In this document: positions 34,889 to 43,865 of the stretch, in pieces | Position numbering within the stretch: position 1 is the stretch's first letter | How the letters are laid out: each line of letters opens with the position of its first letter | Assembly (NCBI GenBank): GCA_965202985.1 | Contig: CBDBCF010000001.1 | Span: forward strand, 2,855,940-2,919,939 | Direction of reading: 5' to 3' | DNA length: 64,000 bases | Source of the DNA: Longimicrobiales bacterium | GTDB lineage: Bacteria; Gemmatimonadota; Gemmatimonadetes; Longimicrobiales; Gaopeijiaceae | Made by a program: the position numbers and the translations under genes | The notes under the pieces: model-generated | The model's database searches: none | The model's input: only the letters and a program-made list of their open reading frames with translations | Told to the model about the DNA's origin: nothing

Positions 34889-37794
34889 CCCGGAGGGCGC
34901 GTCGCCTTGCCGCCGTGCACCGTCGGCTCGGCGCACCAGCTGTCGCGCAACGTGGCCAGTGGTTCCAGCAGCGTTTCGGGCAGGCCAAGCACGTCGACCA
35001 GAAGCAACCGGTCCAACTCGTGGCGAGCGTCGTCTCGGTAGGCCTCGTTGGCAGGAAGCATCTCGCGGTCGACAAGCTCGTCGAACAGGCTTTCCGACGC
35101 GGCGATCTGTGCGGGCGACAGGTCGCGGGGGTCCAGCACCAGCAGCTCCGGAAGGCGACTGATCGTGAGCATGGCGCGGCCCTGCTGCTGACGACTGCCG
35201 ATCCACCAGAAGCACATGAGGCCAAGCGTGCTGTTGGCCCAGAGCGCCAAGGGCTTCTCCCATTCCGCGCGCTTCGCCAGGAAGTTGGGCCATGCGCGGC
35301 CCCCGATGCTCTTTCCGGGCGTCAAGCACGCCGCCAAGCTCTGCGAGTTGATCTGGAAGTCGCGGCTGAAGTGCAGTCGGGAGGCCGTTTCCTGCCATAG
35401 GTCGACGGCGCGTCGCCGGAGTCCCTCGCGCACGACGCCCTCTTGGGCCGGGGCCACGACCAGGCTTCGCTCCCTGTCGGCGTCGTGCGACCACAGCACC
35501 GGGTAGAGCGGTCGGTCTCGCGCCGCAAAGATGTCGAACGGTCCTCGGGGCGAGCCGTCGGGATGCTTGCCCGAGATGTCGCGGTCCAGCTTGCCGCGCA
35601 TTCCCAGGGCGCCCAGGCGCGTCATGGGGACTCCCGGTCGGTCGTTCGTGCGCGGCAACACTAGGCGGCCGGCGTGCAACGCAAGCATGGCGTCGGCCAA
35701 CTCCGGCTCGCGCAACGCCGCGCAGCCGCCTTCGGACACGGGTGCCCGGACGAACGTGCCGGCGTCCTGGTCGCCCAGGCTGAACCGCCCGCCTCGGCGG
35801 TCCGTGGGCAAGCGCCGAACCGCGCGCGCCGTTTCCGCCGCCTCGGCCAAGCTCCGGGGTCTCCGCAGAAGGTTGACGAACAGCGCGTCTCCGGACGGCG
35901 CGTCCAGGTCCTGCTTCCGGGTTGCGACCACCAGCACTTCGGCCATCCCCGTGTCGGCGGAGAAGGCGCGGTCGGTGTTGCCGCTGGCCGCAATCGACAC
36001 GACCAGCAAGTCCTGGTAGCATCTGTACACCAGCGCTCGAGCCGGCGCCCACGAACCGCCCTGTACGAACGCCGCGGGCAAGACGAGCGCGATCACGCCG
36101 CCGGGCTTCGTCTTCGCGTGCGCCAAGTCCACGAAGTGCGAAGCCAGCCCCGCGTTCCCGGTTCCCGCCGGCGAATCCAGGTTCTTGCGGATGCGCGCCA
36201 GCCGGTCGGACATGGCCCGCTGCTCGGCCTGCGACGTGTCGAAGCCGGCGAACGAAGGCACGGGCACGTCGGTGGCCTCGTGGTTGGTGGGGCGGGTGAA
36301 CGGCGGGTTCATGATCAGCAGGTCGCCGCTCTCGTGAGGCAGTTCGACGGAGCGGGGGTCCGCGCCGTTGGGGGTCGCCCCGATCCCGAACGCGGCTTTG
36401 CGGCCCGTCCCGAAGATCGAACGCGCGACCTCGTCTTCCAGCAGGTCCAGCGAACCCAGCGACAGGGGCCGGCCCGCGTCCTCCTGTTCGCCGTAGGGCA
36501 TGGTGATGATCCGCGTGTCTCGAAAGGTGACGGCCGGGTGCGCGCCGGACAGGATCGAGGCCGTCAGGTGCGTGGCCGCCGGCATGATGTCGGCCGCGAT
36601 CAGCGCCTTCTCCATCATCGTCGGGTGCAGGTCCGCGTCGTTGCCCCCGGAGCGCCGGTGGCGCGCGCGCACGGACTGATAGGCCGCGTTCAGGAGGGTG
36701 CCCGTGCCGCACGCCATGTCGGCGATGCGCAGCTCGGCCACGGCCTTGGCGTCGGCCCAGTCCACGCTCAGGCGGTGCGTTGCCAGCTCCGCGAGCAGCA
36801 CGGCCGAGGCCGGGAGCGTGTAGAAGGTGGCCAGGAACTTGCGGTCCACAATGAGGCGCTGAAACATCTGGCCCGACAGGTCGTGGGTCGTGCTCGCTCC
36901 GTGTTCCGACATCTTCAGCGCAAGCCGCTCCAGGCGTTCCAAGATGTCGTTCGCCATGCGGTTCGGCATCGGCGTGAGCAGGTCGGTGGCGATCTTGAAG
37001 ATCGGCCAGTAGTTGACCTCTCGCAGAATGCGTTCCCAGCAATCGAGCAGCAGGTGCTTGTCGAGTCGCCGGAACGGCTCGCGATGCATCTCGCGGAACT
37101 CCGGGACGTCGTGAGAACCGACAAGGCTCGTGTGAAAGATCAACGCGTTGGCGACGATCGCCATCGCCATGCGCGTGGTCTGCTCGCTCTCTTCCTGATG
37201 AAGGTCGCGGGCAAGCCGTTCCAGCGAGTTGGTCCGGCGCCACTCGACGTACTCCTCCAAGCGTGCCGCCGCTTGGCTGACGCCCTCTTCCAGCATTGCC
37301 GCGCCTTCCGCGACCCGCGCCTCGGACAGCGACGCGTGCTCGATGCACGTCGCCAAGGCGTCCACGCCGCCCCACAGCCATCCCGTCTCCGGCCAGCGCT
37401 TGGGCTCGCCCGGCGCGTCCGCGAAGACGGCGTATCGAAAGCGGGCCGAGGCCACCCTCGTCGCCAATTCCTCCTGGTCGGCCACGACAAGCTCGTCCGG
37501 CAGCAACACCGCCACCGACTGCTCGACGGGCCTCTCCGTCGCCCTCATGACCTTGCCCAGACGGGCGCAGGCGTCGGCTTCCACTTCCGAGCCCGGCGCG
37601 AACTCGGTCTCCACAATGACCACCTGCCCGCCGGGATGCCGCACCACAATGTCCGGTCGCCGCGCCGCTTCGCCCAGCACTCGCGACTGCTCGACCCCGA
37701 TTCCCCCGCGCCAGCCTGGGTGCTTGTTGCGCAGGACTTCGGCCAAGTGGACGTTGACCGTGGCTTCGTTGTTGGCTGCTTTCGCGACTTGCAC
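34885..37794 (-). CDS. Type IIG-like restriction-modification fusion (nuclease + N6-adenine methyltransferase + TRD)
   Basis: RPDIVV...IVETEF nuclease-like motif; FYT, motif I ADMACGTGTLL, motif IV IMNPPF. Confidence 0.85.
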   Translation of the reverse strand: MQVAKAANNEATVNVHLAEVLRNKHPGWRGGIGVEQSRVLGEAARRPDIVVRHPGGQVVIVETEFAPGSEVEADACARLGKVMRATERPVEQSVAVLLPDELVVADQEELATRVASARFRYAVFADAPGEPKRWPETGWLWGGVDALATCIEHASLSEARVAEGAAMLEEGVSQAAARLEEYVEWRRTNSLERLARDLHQEESEQTTRMAMAIVANALIFHTSLVGSHDVPEFREMHREPFRRLDKHLLLDCWERILREVNYWPIFKIATDLLTPMPNRMANDILERLERLALKMSEHGASTTHDLSGQMFQRLIVDRKFLATFYTLPASAVLLAELATHRLSVDWADAKAVAELRIADMACGTGTLLNAAYQSVRARHRRSGGNDADLHPTMMEKALIAADIMPAATHLTASILSGAHPAVTFRDTRIITMPYGEQEDAGRPLSLGSLDLLEDEVARSIFGTGRKAAFGIGATPNGADPRSVELPHESGDLLIMNPPFTRPTNHEATDVPVPSFAGFDTSQAEQRAMSDRLARIRKNLDSPAGTGNAGLASHFVDLAHAKTKPGGVIALVLPAAFVQGGSWAPARALVYRCYQDLLVVSIAASGNTDRAFSADTGMAEVLVVATRKQDLDAPSGDALFVNLLRRPRSLAEAAETARAVRRLPTDRRGGRFSLGDQDAGTFVRAPVSEGGCAALREPELADAMLALHAGRLVLPRTNDRPGVPMTRLGALGMRGKLDRDISGKHPDGSPRGPFDIFAARDRPLYPVLWSHDADRERSLVVAPAQEGVVREGLRRRAVDLWQETASRLHFSRDFQINSQSLAACLTPGKSIGGRAWPNFLAKRAEWEKPLALWANSTLGLMCFWWIGSRQQQGRAMLTISRLPELLVLDPRDLSPAQIAASESLFDELVDREMLPANEAYRDDARHELDRLLLVDVLGLPETLLEPLATLRDSWCAEPTVHGGKATRPPG
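37631..37684. repeat. 54-bp direct repeat, copy B (inside the R-M nuclease motif)
   Basis: Matches 33476-33529. Confidence 0.95.
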
Positions 37795-37807
37795 CGGTTG
37801 GCTCCTC

Positions 37808-39544
37808 CTAGGTCGAGGCGGATTCGGCGACTCGGGCGATGGCGTCCAGCTTTTCTTCGACTTCGGGAGCGATCTCGTCCTTTGGGACGTGCTTGGCGAG
37901 CACGTGAAAGTTCTTCTTGGCCATTGCGTTGGGAAGGTCCAGCTCGCGGTAGTAGGAGTCGAAGAGCGGGACCAGGAAGTCGTCGCTGACTTTGATGTCG
38001 GCGTCCCACGGCGATCCCTTGCCCAGCGTCTGCCGCGCGGCTTCCATCTCGGCGATGGCTTTGCGCATGGCCGTCACGTGCCTGTGGGACTTGGGCGCTT
38101 GGGACAACGGGCCGAGGACGCCCAGGCCGGCATCGCCCGCGGCAAACGCCTCCAGCGTGGTCTGCGTGCACAGATATTTCTCGATCTCCCGTTGCTTCCA
38201 CTCCGTGCATTTCAGAGGGGCAGCGGGCTTGGGCGCCGTCCCGCCCAGCCGGTCGAAGATGGCAATGCCCCGAAGGTGGGGAACCGCCTCGCGGAGACCT
38301 TGGAAATGCCTCTGAACTTCCGAAACGTGATTGCCTACGTAGCGCACGAAGGGGCGCTCGAGAGCACGAAGTGCGTCGTCGTGACCCAGCCTCCGCGCAA
38401 AGGCATGGAGAATGGCCAAGTCCGTGGAGCCTTCCAAGTAGAGTATCCATCCCGTTTGCTCCGCCTGATAGTAGTCCTCGAAGCCGATCTCCTTCAATGC
38501 TTTCGCCACCTGACTCCCGCCGTGCGGATCGCCCAAGCGGTGTGGAGAACCCACGAACGCAACGACCAAGTCGCGTCCCGCGGCCTCGTTGAGCACGACC
38601 TCGGAATGGGTTGCGGCCACGATCTGGCTTCCGGTTTTCTCGGCCACTTCGGTCAAGACGCTGTATGTTTGGCGTTGGCGGAGGATCTCCAAGTGTGCAT
38701 CGGGTTCGTCCAGGAGCAGGACCGCGCCACGGTTGGCGTACATGTAGGCGAGCAGAAGCAGTGTCTGTTGAAGGCCTCTTCCCGATGCGGACAGGTCCAG
38801 CGTTGCGCCTCGCTCCCGGTAGCTCATGGCGATCTCGCCCCGTTGCGCCACGTACCGGGGCGGCTTGATTCGCGCTCCGAACATGTCTTCCACGCGATGC
38901 GCCAAGTGGTTCCATCGCTCGGGCGATTCCTCGTAGAGGCGGTGGCAAAGGTTGCGCAAGACGTCCGCGGTCCGCCCTTCGCCGATCCGAACCTCCACGG
39001 CGCCGGGGTCCAAGCGCACTTCGGTCGCCGCCAGGCCCGACATCGGAGGCAAGTAAGCGACGCGGACATCGACGGCCTCCGTCGGGATCGACATGCGGTC
39101 CGGGTTCTTGCCCTCGCCCGTCCGCAACGGCCTGCAATAGAACGATTCCTCGTTGGCGTAGTCGAACTCCAGACCGCACGCCCAGTTTCGCCCTGCGGAA
39201 ACGCCTTCTACGACGATCTCGACCAGCACGTTGGACGTGCGCTGACGGCCGTCGTCCCTGCGAACTTCCCGAACATGAAGGTCGCGCCATAGGAGCTTGG
39301 CGACCGGCACGGGAACCGCCACCAAGTCCCGTCGGTTGACCGCTACGCTGGGGCGCTTCCACGGAGCGTCTTGCACCCCCCGCTTCTCGGCCCAGCGCTG
39401 CAGGCCCGCGTGCCACAACGCCAGCGCCTGAAGCGCGGTCGTCTTGCCGGAGTTGTTGGGTCCGACGAACACGACCGGGCTGGCCAGCTCGACCTCGGCG
39501 TCTTCGAAACGCTTGAAGTTGCGAACTACCAGCTTGGTCAGCAC
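37808..39544 (-). CDS. ABC/AAA ATPase with C-terminal TOPRIM-like domain (OLD-like)
   Basis: GPNNSGKTT, SGRGLQQ signature, LLLDEPDAHL, ATHS, YLEGSTD...IFD...REIE. Confidence 0.88.
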   Translation of the reverse strand: MLTKLVVRNFKRFEDAEVELASPVVFVGPNNSGKTTALQALALWHAGLQRWAEKRGVQDAPWKRPSVAVNRRDLVAVPVPVAKLLWRDLHVREVRRDDGRQRTSNVLVEIVVEGVSAGRNWACGLEFDYANEESFYCRPLRTGEGKNPDRMSIPTEAVDVRVAYLPPMSGLAATEVRLDPGAVEVRIGEGRTADVLRNLCHRLYEESPERWNHLAHRVEDMFGARIKPPRYVAQRGEIAMSYRERGATLDLSASGRGLQQTLLLLAYMYANRGAVLLLDEPDAHLEILRQRQTYSVLTEVAEKTGSQIVAATHSEVVLNEAAGRDLVVAFVGSPHRLGDPHGGSQVAKALKEIGFEDYYQAEQTGWILYLEGSTDLAILHAFARRLGHDDALRALERPFVRYVGNHVSEVQRHFQGLREAVPHLRGIAIFDRLGGTAPKPAAPLKCTEWKQREIEKYLCTQTTLEAFAAGDAGLGVLGPLSQAPKSHRHVTAMRKAIAEMEAARQTLGKGSPWDADIKVSDDFLVPLFDSYYRELDLPNAMAKKNFHVLAKHVPKDEIAPEVEEKLDAIARVAESAST

Positions 39545-39595
39545 GTGCGGCCCCCCATGGCCTGGTTGACCGATGGCCACGCCGGCCGAATCAAG

Positions 39596-40249
39596 CTAGC
39601 GCATCCCCTCTATAAGATCATTCATCGCCCCCATAAGGTTGTCGTACTTGACGTTGGCCTTTCCGCACGCAGAGTCTTCCATGATGAAATCGGTCAGCGG
39701 CCTAAGGCCTATGCCCTTCTGCGTGGGCCACTTCAAGTCCATCGCCTTTACGTCCAGCAAGTGAAACGTCCAGTGGCGCAAATCCAGCGGCTCGGGCTTG
39801 AACTGATTCGGGTCGCGCTGGTCCCCCTCGTCGGGGCGGCTCAACAACGAGCACACGTAGATGTCGGCGATCCTCCGGGGCGGATCCAGACTCTCGCTCT
39901 TGCCCGTCTTCGGGTTCCACGCCCACTTGCGTGGGGCGATGTCGTAACGGATCGGATGACGCTTCTTCTTCTGGGGCCACGCTTGCGCATAAGCCGCGCT
40001 CTTGACCTCGATCTTTTTGTCCAAGTACTCGAGATCCCAGCCTGCCCATTCGTCGCGCGGCTCGTCGGCCACGCCTAATGCTCGTGCAACGAGGAACTCC
40101 GCAAGCACGCCGCGGTGTACGTTGTTCAGCAGGTCCGAGGCGGACCACTGCCAATACTCCCGCACCGTCATCTGCTCCGAACAGCCCGAGAAAGGCTCCT
40201 GCGGCGACAAAGGCTTTTGCCGCTTGCTGGTTGTTGTTGCGTTGCCCAC
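39596..40249 (-). CDS. Putative PD-(D/E)XK nuclease
   Basis: RGVLAEFLVA...WAGWDLEY...IEVKSAAY. Confidence 0.65.
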   Translation of the reverse strand: MGNATTTSKRQKPLSPQEPFSGCSEQMTVREYWQWSASDLLNNVHRGVLAEFLVARALGVADEPRDEWAGWDLEYLDKKIEVKSAAYAQAWPQKKKRHPIRYDIAPRKWAWNPKTGKSESLDPPRRIADIYVCSLLSRPDEGDQRDPNQFKPEPLDLRHWTFHLLDVKAMDLKWPTQKGIGLRPLTDFIMEDSACGKANVKYDNLMGAMNDLIEGMR

Positions 40250-40348
40250 GACCCGGCTCCTTTGGCGAGAAGATCAATGACATGACAATGAATCAATACG
40301 GAATGTTGTCGGGATGCGCAAGAGATGGAAGAGCGGACCGGACCTCAC

Positions 40349-42721
40349 TCACGCGCCATACGGCACCCAGATGTTCTTCACGCGGGTGGCTTGACGCAGC
40401 ACGAACTCGCAGTCGGGCGCGTCTTTCCCGGCGCCGAGCGCCCGCCAGTCCACGGTGCCCGCCCGGTCCACCCAGACGCGCTTCAGGTTGCCGGCGGACA
40501 GCCGCTCGGCCTCTTCGGACAGCGCGTCGCCCGCGAAGTCCCACAGCTGATCCACGTCGTCGTGGGAGGCCAGGGCGGGGAAGACCTCTTCGTGAACGCC
40601 CGACAGCACGTTCACGACGCCCGGGGGCACGTCCGAGGTCTCCAGCACCTGAACCAAGTCCAGCGCGGGCACTGGCCATCGGCTGGACGCCAGCAGCACG
40701 ACGGCGTTGCCCTGGGCCGCGGCGGCGGCCATGGGACCCACGACCCCGGCCAGCGGCGAACGGTCGCCGCAGCGGATCACCACCGTGCCCACGGGTTCGT
40801 TCATGGCCAAGACCACGTTGCGGAACGGCGTGGAGTGCACGCGGCCGTCGAACTTGTCGGCCCATGCCGCAAAGGTGAAAAAGGCGCGGACAGCGGCGTC
40901 CACCTCGTGAGCGCCCTCGTCCCCGCGCCCCAGCGCACGGGCGAACTCGCCGGACCGGGCCGCCAAGTTCTCGCCAAGGAAGTACAAGATCTGGGCGCGG
41001 ACGTGCCCGCTGGTCGCCGCCCACGCTTGCCGAGCCTTCGCCGCCGCCTCCGCCGCGTCCCGCGCGTCCTTGCGGTTGCCCCGAGGCACCTCGACGGTGG
41101 GCAACCCGCCGGGGCCGGCCACGGTCAGGGAGTAGTCGCCGTCGGGCCGCCGCTGCTTGCCGCCGATCCACAGCTTGCGCGTGCGGTCGACGGAGTTCGG
41201 CTGGAACCCGTCCGTCTCGACGCCGTCTTCTTCGGCGCGGATTGCGCTGTCCCGTCTCGGCACCGGCTTCAAGTACTCCCACATCCCCTCGCGGCCGCCC
41301 TCGCGCCCGAAGCCGGACTCCCGGTAGCCGCCGAACCCCGCCGCCGCGTCGAACATGTTGGTGCAGTTGATCCACACCGTGCCGGCCTTGATCGCGGGCG
41401 CCACGTCCAGCGCCAAGTTCACGTCCTCGCTCCACACGCTCGCGGCCAAGCCGTACCGCGTGTCGTTGGCCAGCGCCACGGCCTCCGCCGGAGTGCGGAA
41501 AGTCAGACTCACGATCACCGGCCCGAAGATCTCCTCGGTGGCCAGGGGGCTGGACGGCTGGACGCCAGTGCACAAGGTGGGCGGCAGGAACAGGCCCTCT
41601 TCCGGCACGGGGCACGACGGCCGCCACACCTCCGCGCCGTCGGCTTCGCCCTGTTGCAAGTACCTCTGTATGCGGTCGAACTGGACCCGGTCCACGACCG
41701 CGCCCATGTCCATGGCCTTGTCCAGAGGGTGACCGACGCGAAGCGTCTCCATGCGGTTCCGAAGCCGGTCCAGGAAGTCTTCCTCGACGCCTTCCTGCAG
41801 CAGCAGCCGGGAGCCCGCGCAGCACACCTGTCCCTGGTTGAGCCAGATGCCGTCCACTACGCCCTCCACTGCGGCGTCCAAGTCCGCGTTCTCGAAGACC
41901 ACGAACGGCGACTTGCCGCCCAGCTCCAGGGACAGGCCCTTGCCCGAGCCGGCGGTGGCCACGCGAATCTCGCGCCCCACCTCCGTGGAGCCGGTGAAGG
42001 CGACCTTGTGCACGCCCCGGTGGCGCACCAGCGCCGCGCCGGCCGCGCCGTCGCCCGTCACGATGTTGAGGACGCCGGGCGGCAGCCCCGCCTCGTGGGC
42101 GACTTCGGCGAAGAGCAGCGCCGTGAGCGGCGTGTACTCGGCGGGCTTGAGAACGACCGTGCACCCCGCGGCCAACGCCGGCGCCACCTTCCACGCCAGC
42201 ATCAGCAGGGGGAAGTTCCAGGGAATGATCTGGCCCGCCACGCCGACCGCCTCGTAGGCGGGAAACTCGCTGTCGGCCAGCTGCGCCCAACCCGCGTGAT
42301 GGTAGAAGTGACGGATCGCCAGGGGCACGTCCAGGTCGCGCGACTCTCGGAGCGTCTTGCCGTTGTCCAGCGACTCCAGGACCGCGAACAGTCGGGAGCG
42401 CTTGTGAAGCCGGCGGGCGATGGCGTACAAGTGGTGGGCGCGGGCGTCGGGGCCGGCCTGGCGCCAGGGGTGCAGAGCAGCCGCTGCGGCTTGCACCGCC
42501 CGGTCCATGTCGGCCTCCGTGCCGAAGCGGAACCGAGCCAGCCGCCGACCGTCGGCGGGGCAGCGCGTGTCGCGGAGGTCGCCGTCGCCGGCGAACCACT
42601 TGCCGTCCGCGTAGTGACCGAACTCGCGCCGGCCGTCGTCCAGCCACTCCATCGCTAGGCGGTCGCTCTCGGGGGCCGGGCCGTAGTCGGGCTTCAAGAA
42701 GGCGTCGCGCACTTGGCTCAT
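40349..42721 (-). CDS. Aldehyde dehydrogenase (full domain plus degenerate second domain)
   Basis: IPWNFP, LKPAE, FTGSTEVG, LELGGKSP, NQGQVCCAGSR, EEIFGPV; paired with deoC. Confidence 0.93.
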   Translation of the reverse strand: MSQVRDAFLKPDYGPAPESDRLAMEWLDDGRREFGHYADGKWFAGDGDLRDTRCPADGRRLARFRFGTEADMDRAVQAAAAALHPWRQAGPDARAHHLYAIARRLHKRSRLFAVLESLDNGKTLRESRDLDVPLAIRHFYHHAGWAQLADSEFPAYEAVGVAGQIIPWNFPLLMLAWKVAPALAAGCTVVLKPAEYTPLTALLFAEVAHEAGLPPGVLNIVTGDGAAGAALVRHRGVHKVAFTGSTEVGREIRVATAGSGKGLSLELGGKSPFVVFENADLDAAVEGVVDGIWLNQGQVCCAGSRLLLQEGVEEDFLDRLRNRMETLRVGHPLDKAMDMGAVVDRVQFDRIQRYLQQGEADGAEVWRPSCPVPEEGLFLPPTLCTGVQPSSPLATEEIFGPVIVSLTFRTPAEAVALANDTRYGLAASVWSEDVNLALDVAPAIKAGTVWINCTNMFDAAAGFGGYRESGFGREGGREGMWEYLKPVPRRDSAIRAEEDGVETDGFQPNSVDRTRKLWIGGKQRRPDGDYSLTVAGPGGLPTVEVPRGNRKDARDAAEAAAKARQAWAATSGHVRAQILYFLGENLAARSGEFARALGRGDEGAHEVDAAVRAFFTFAAWADKFDGRVHSTPFRNVVLAMNEPVGTVVIRCGDRSPLAGVVGPMAAAAAQGNAVVLLASSRWPVPALDLVQVLETSDVPPGVVNVLSGVHEEVFPALASHDDVDQLWDFAGDALSEEAERLSAGNLKRVWVDRAGTVDWRALGAGKDAPDCEFVLRQATRVKNIWVPYGA

Positions 42722-42723
42722 CG

Positions 42724-43686
42724 CTACCCCAGGGCGTGCCGGTGAAAGGCCGAGTAGCGGCCCGTGACGTGATGTTCAAGTTGCCGCTCGATGTCGGCCA
42801 GAAGCGAGCTTGCGCCGATCCGAAACAGGGCAGGGTCCAGCCAGGAGTCCCCCAGCTCCTCCTTGACGAGGACCATCCACGCCAGGGCGTCCTTGGCCGT
42901 GGAGATGCCGCCCGCGGCCTTCAACCCGACCCGAAAGCCCGCGCGGCGATGGTACTCCCGTACCGTCCGCGCCAGCACCAGGCCCACGGGAAGCGTGGCG
43001 TTCACCACCTCTTTGCCCGTAGACGTCTTCACGAAGTCGGCGCCGGCCATCATGGCCACGGCGGCGGCCTTGCCGGCGTTGGCCAGCGTGCCCAGGTCGC
43101 CGGTGCCCAGGATCACCTTCATGTGGGCGTCCCCGCACGCCTCGCGGTAGCGGGCGACCTGGTCGTAGAGTCTCTCCCAGTCGCCCCGGAGCACGGCCTC
43201 CCGCGTCACGACAACGTCCACTTCCCTCGCTCCGGCGGCCACGGTCTCGCGAATCTCGGCCAGACGGGTTCCCAAGGGCGACAGAGCAGCTGGAAAGCCC
43301 GTGGAGACCGCTGCCACCTGCACCTCGCTTCCCTCCAGCGCGCGCACCGCGACCGGCACCATCTCGTGGTACACGCATACGGCCGCGGCCGCGAACTCTC
43401 CCGAACCGACGCCCAGGGCGCGGAGCAAGTCCGCTCGCACGGGCCGGCGCGCCTTGCCGCACAGTCGGCGCACGCGGCCCGGCGTGTCGTCGCCCGCCAA
43501 GGTCGTCAGGTCGGTCAAGGTCACTGCCCGGAGCAGCCACCCGGCCTGGGCGTCCCGCTTCACGGACCGCCGTCCAGCCAGGGCGAGCGCACGACGTTCC
43601 GCGGCGCTGCGGTTGGCGCGAATTCGCCGAACCCAGCCCAGGTCGAAGGGCTGGCCCGGGTTCCGGTCGGTCGAGTCGGCGGTCAC
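42724..43686 (-). CDS. deoC: Deoxyribose-phosphate aldolase
   Basis: DLTTLAGDDT, AVCVY, STGFP, GADFVKTSTGK, KAAGGI, RIGASSLL. Confidence 0.95.
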   Translation of the reverse strand: MTADSTDRNPGQPFDLGWVRRIRANRSAAERRALALAGRRSVKRDAQAGWLLRAVTLTDLTTLAGDDTPGRVRRLCGKARRPVRADLLRALGVGSGEFAAAAVCVYHEMVPVAVRALEGSEVQVAAVSTGFPAALSPLGTRLAEIRETVAAGAREVDVVVTREAVLRGDWERLYDQVARYREACGDAHMKVILGTGDLGTLANAGKAAAVAMMAGADFVKTSTGKEVVNATLPVGLVLARTVREYHRRAGFRVGLKAAGGISTAKDALAWMVLVKEELGDSWLDPALFRIGASSLLADIERQLEHHVTGRYSAFHRHALG

Positions 43687-43865
43687 CAGTCGGCGTTCGA
43701 GGCAGGGTCGGGGGCGTGGCCGCAAGCTCCGGGCGGAAAGCAGCCGGAAGGTGTGGCGCAAGCAAGGCGCGAGAAGCGAAGATAACGACCAAGCCCGCCT
43801 GTCCGCGCCCGACGGGGTGCGCGGCAGTAGTTTCCTTCTCTTCCCACAAGGAGGATCTTCGGAAA

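Noticed and set aside
33476..37684. Diversity-generating retroelement template/variable repeat pair
   Set aside because: Only one mismatch, no reverse transcriptase in the window, and the copy lies at a gene 5' end
40349..43686. Double-domain aldehyde dehydrogenase with deoC as a novelty
   Set aside because: Common pairing in many bacteria
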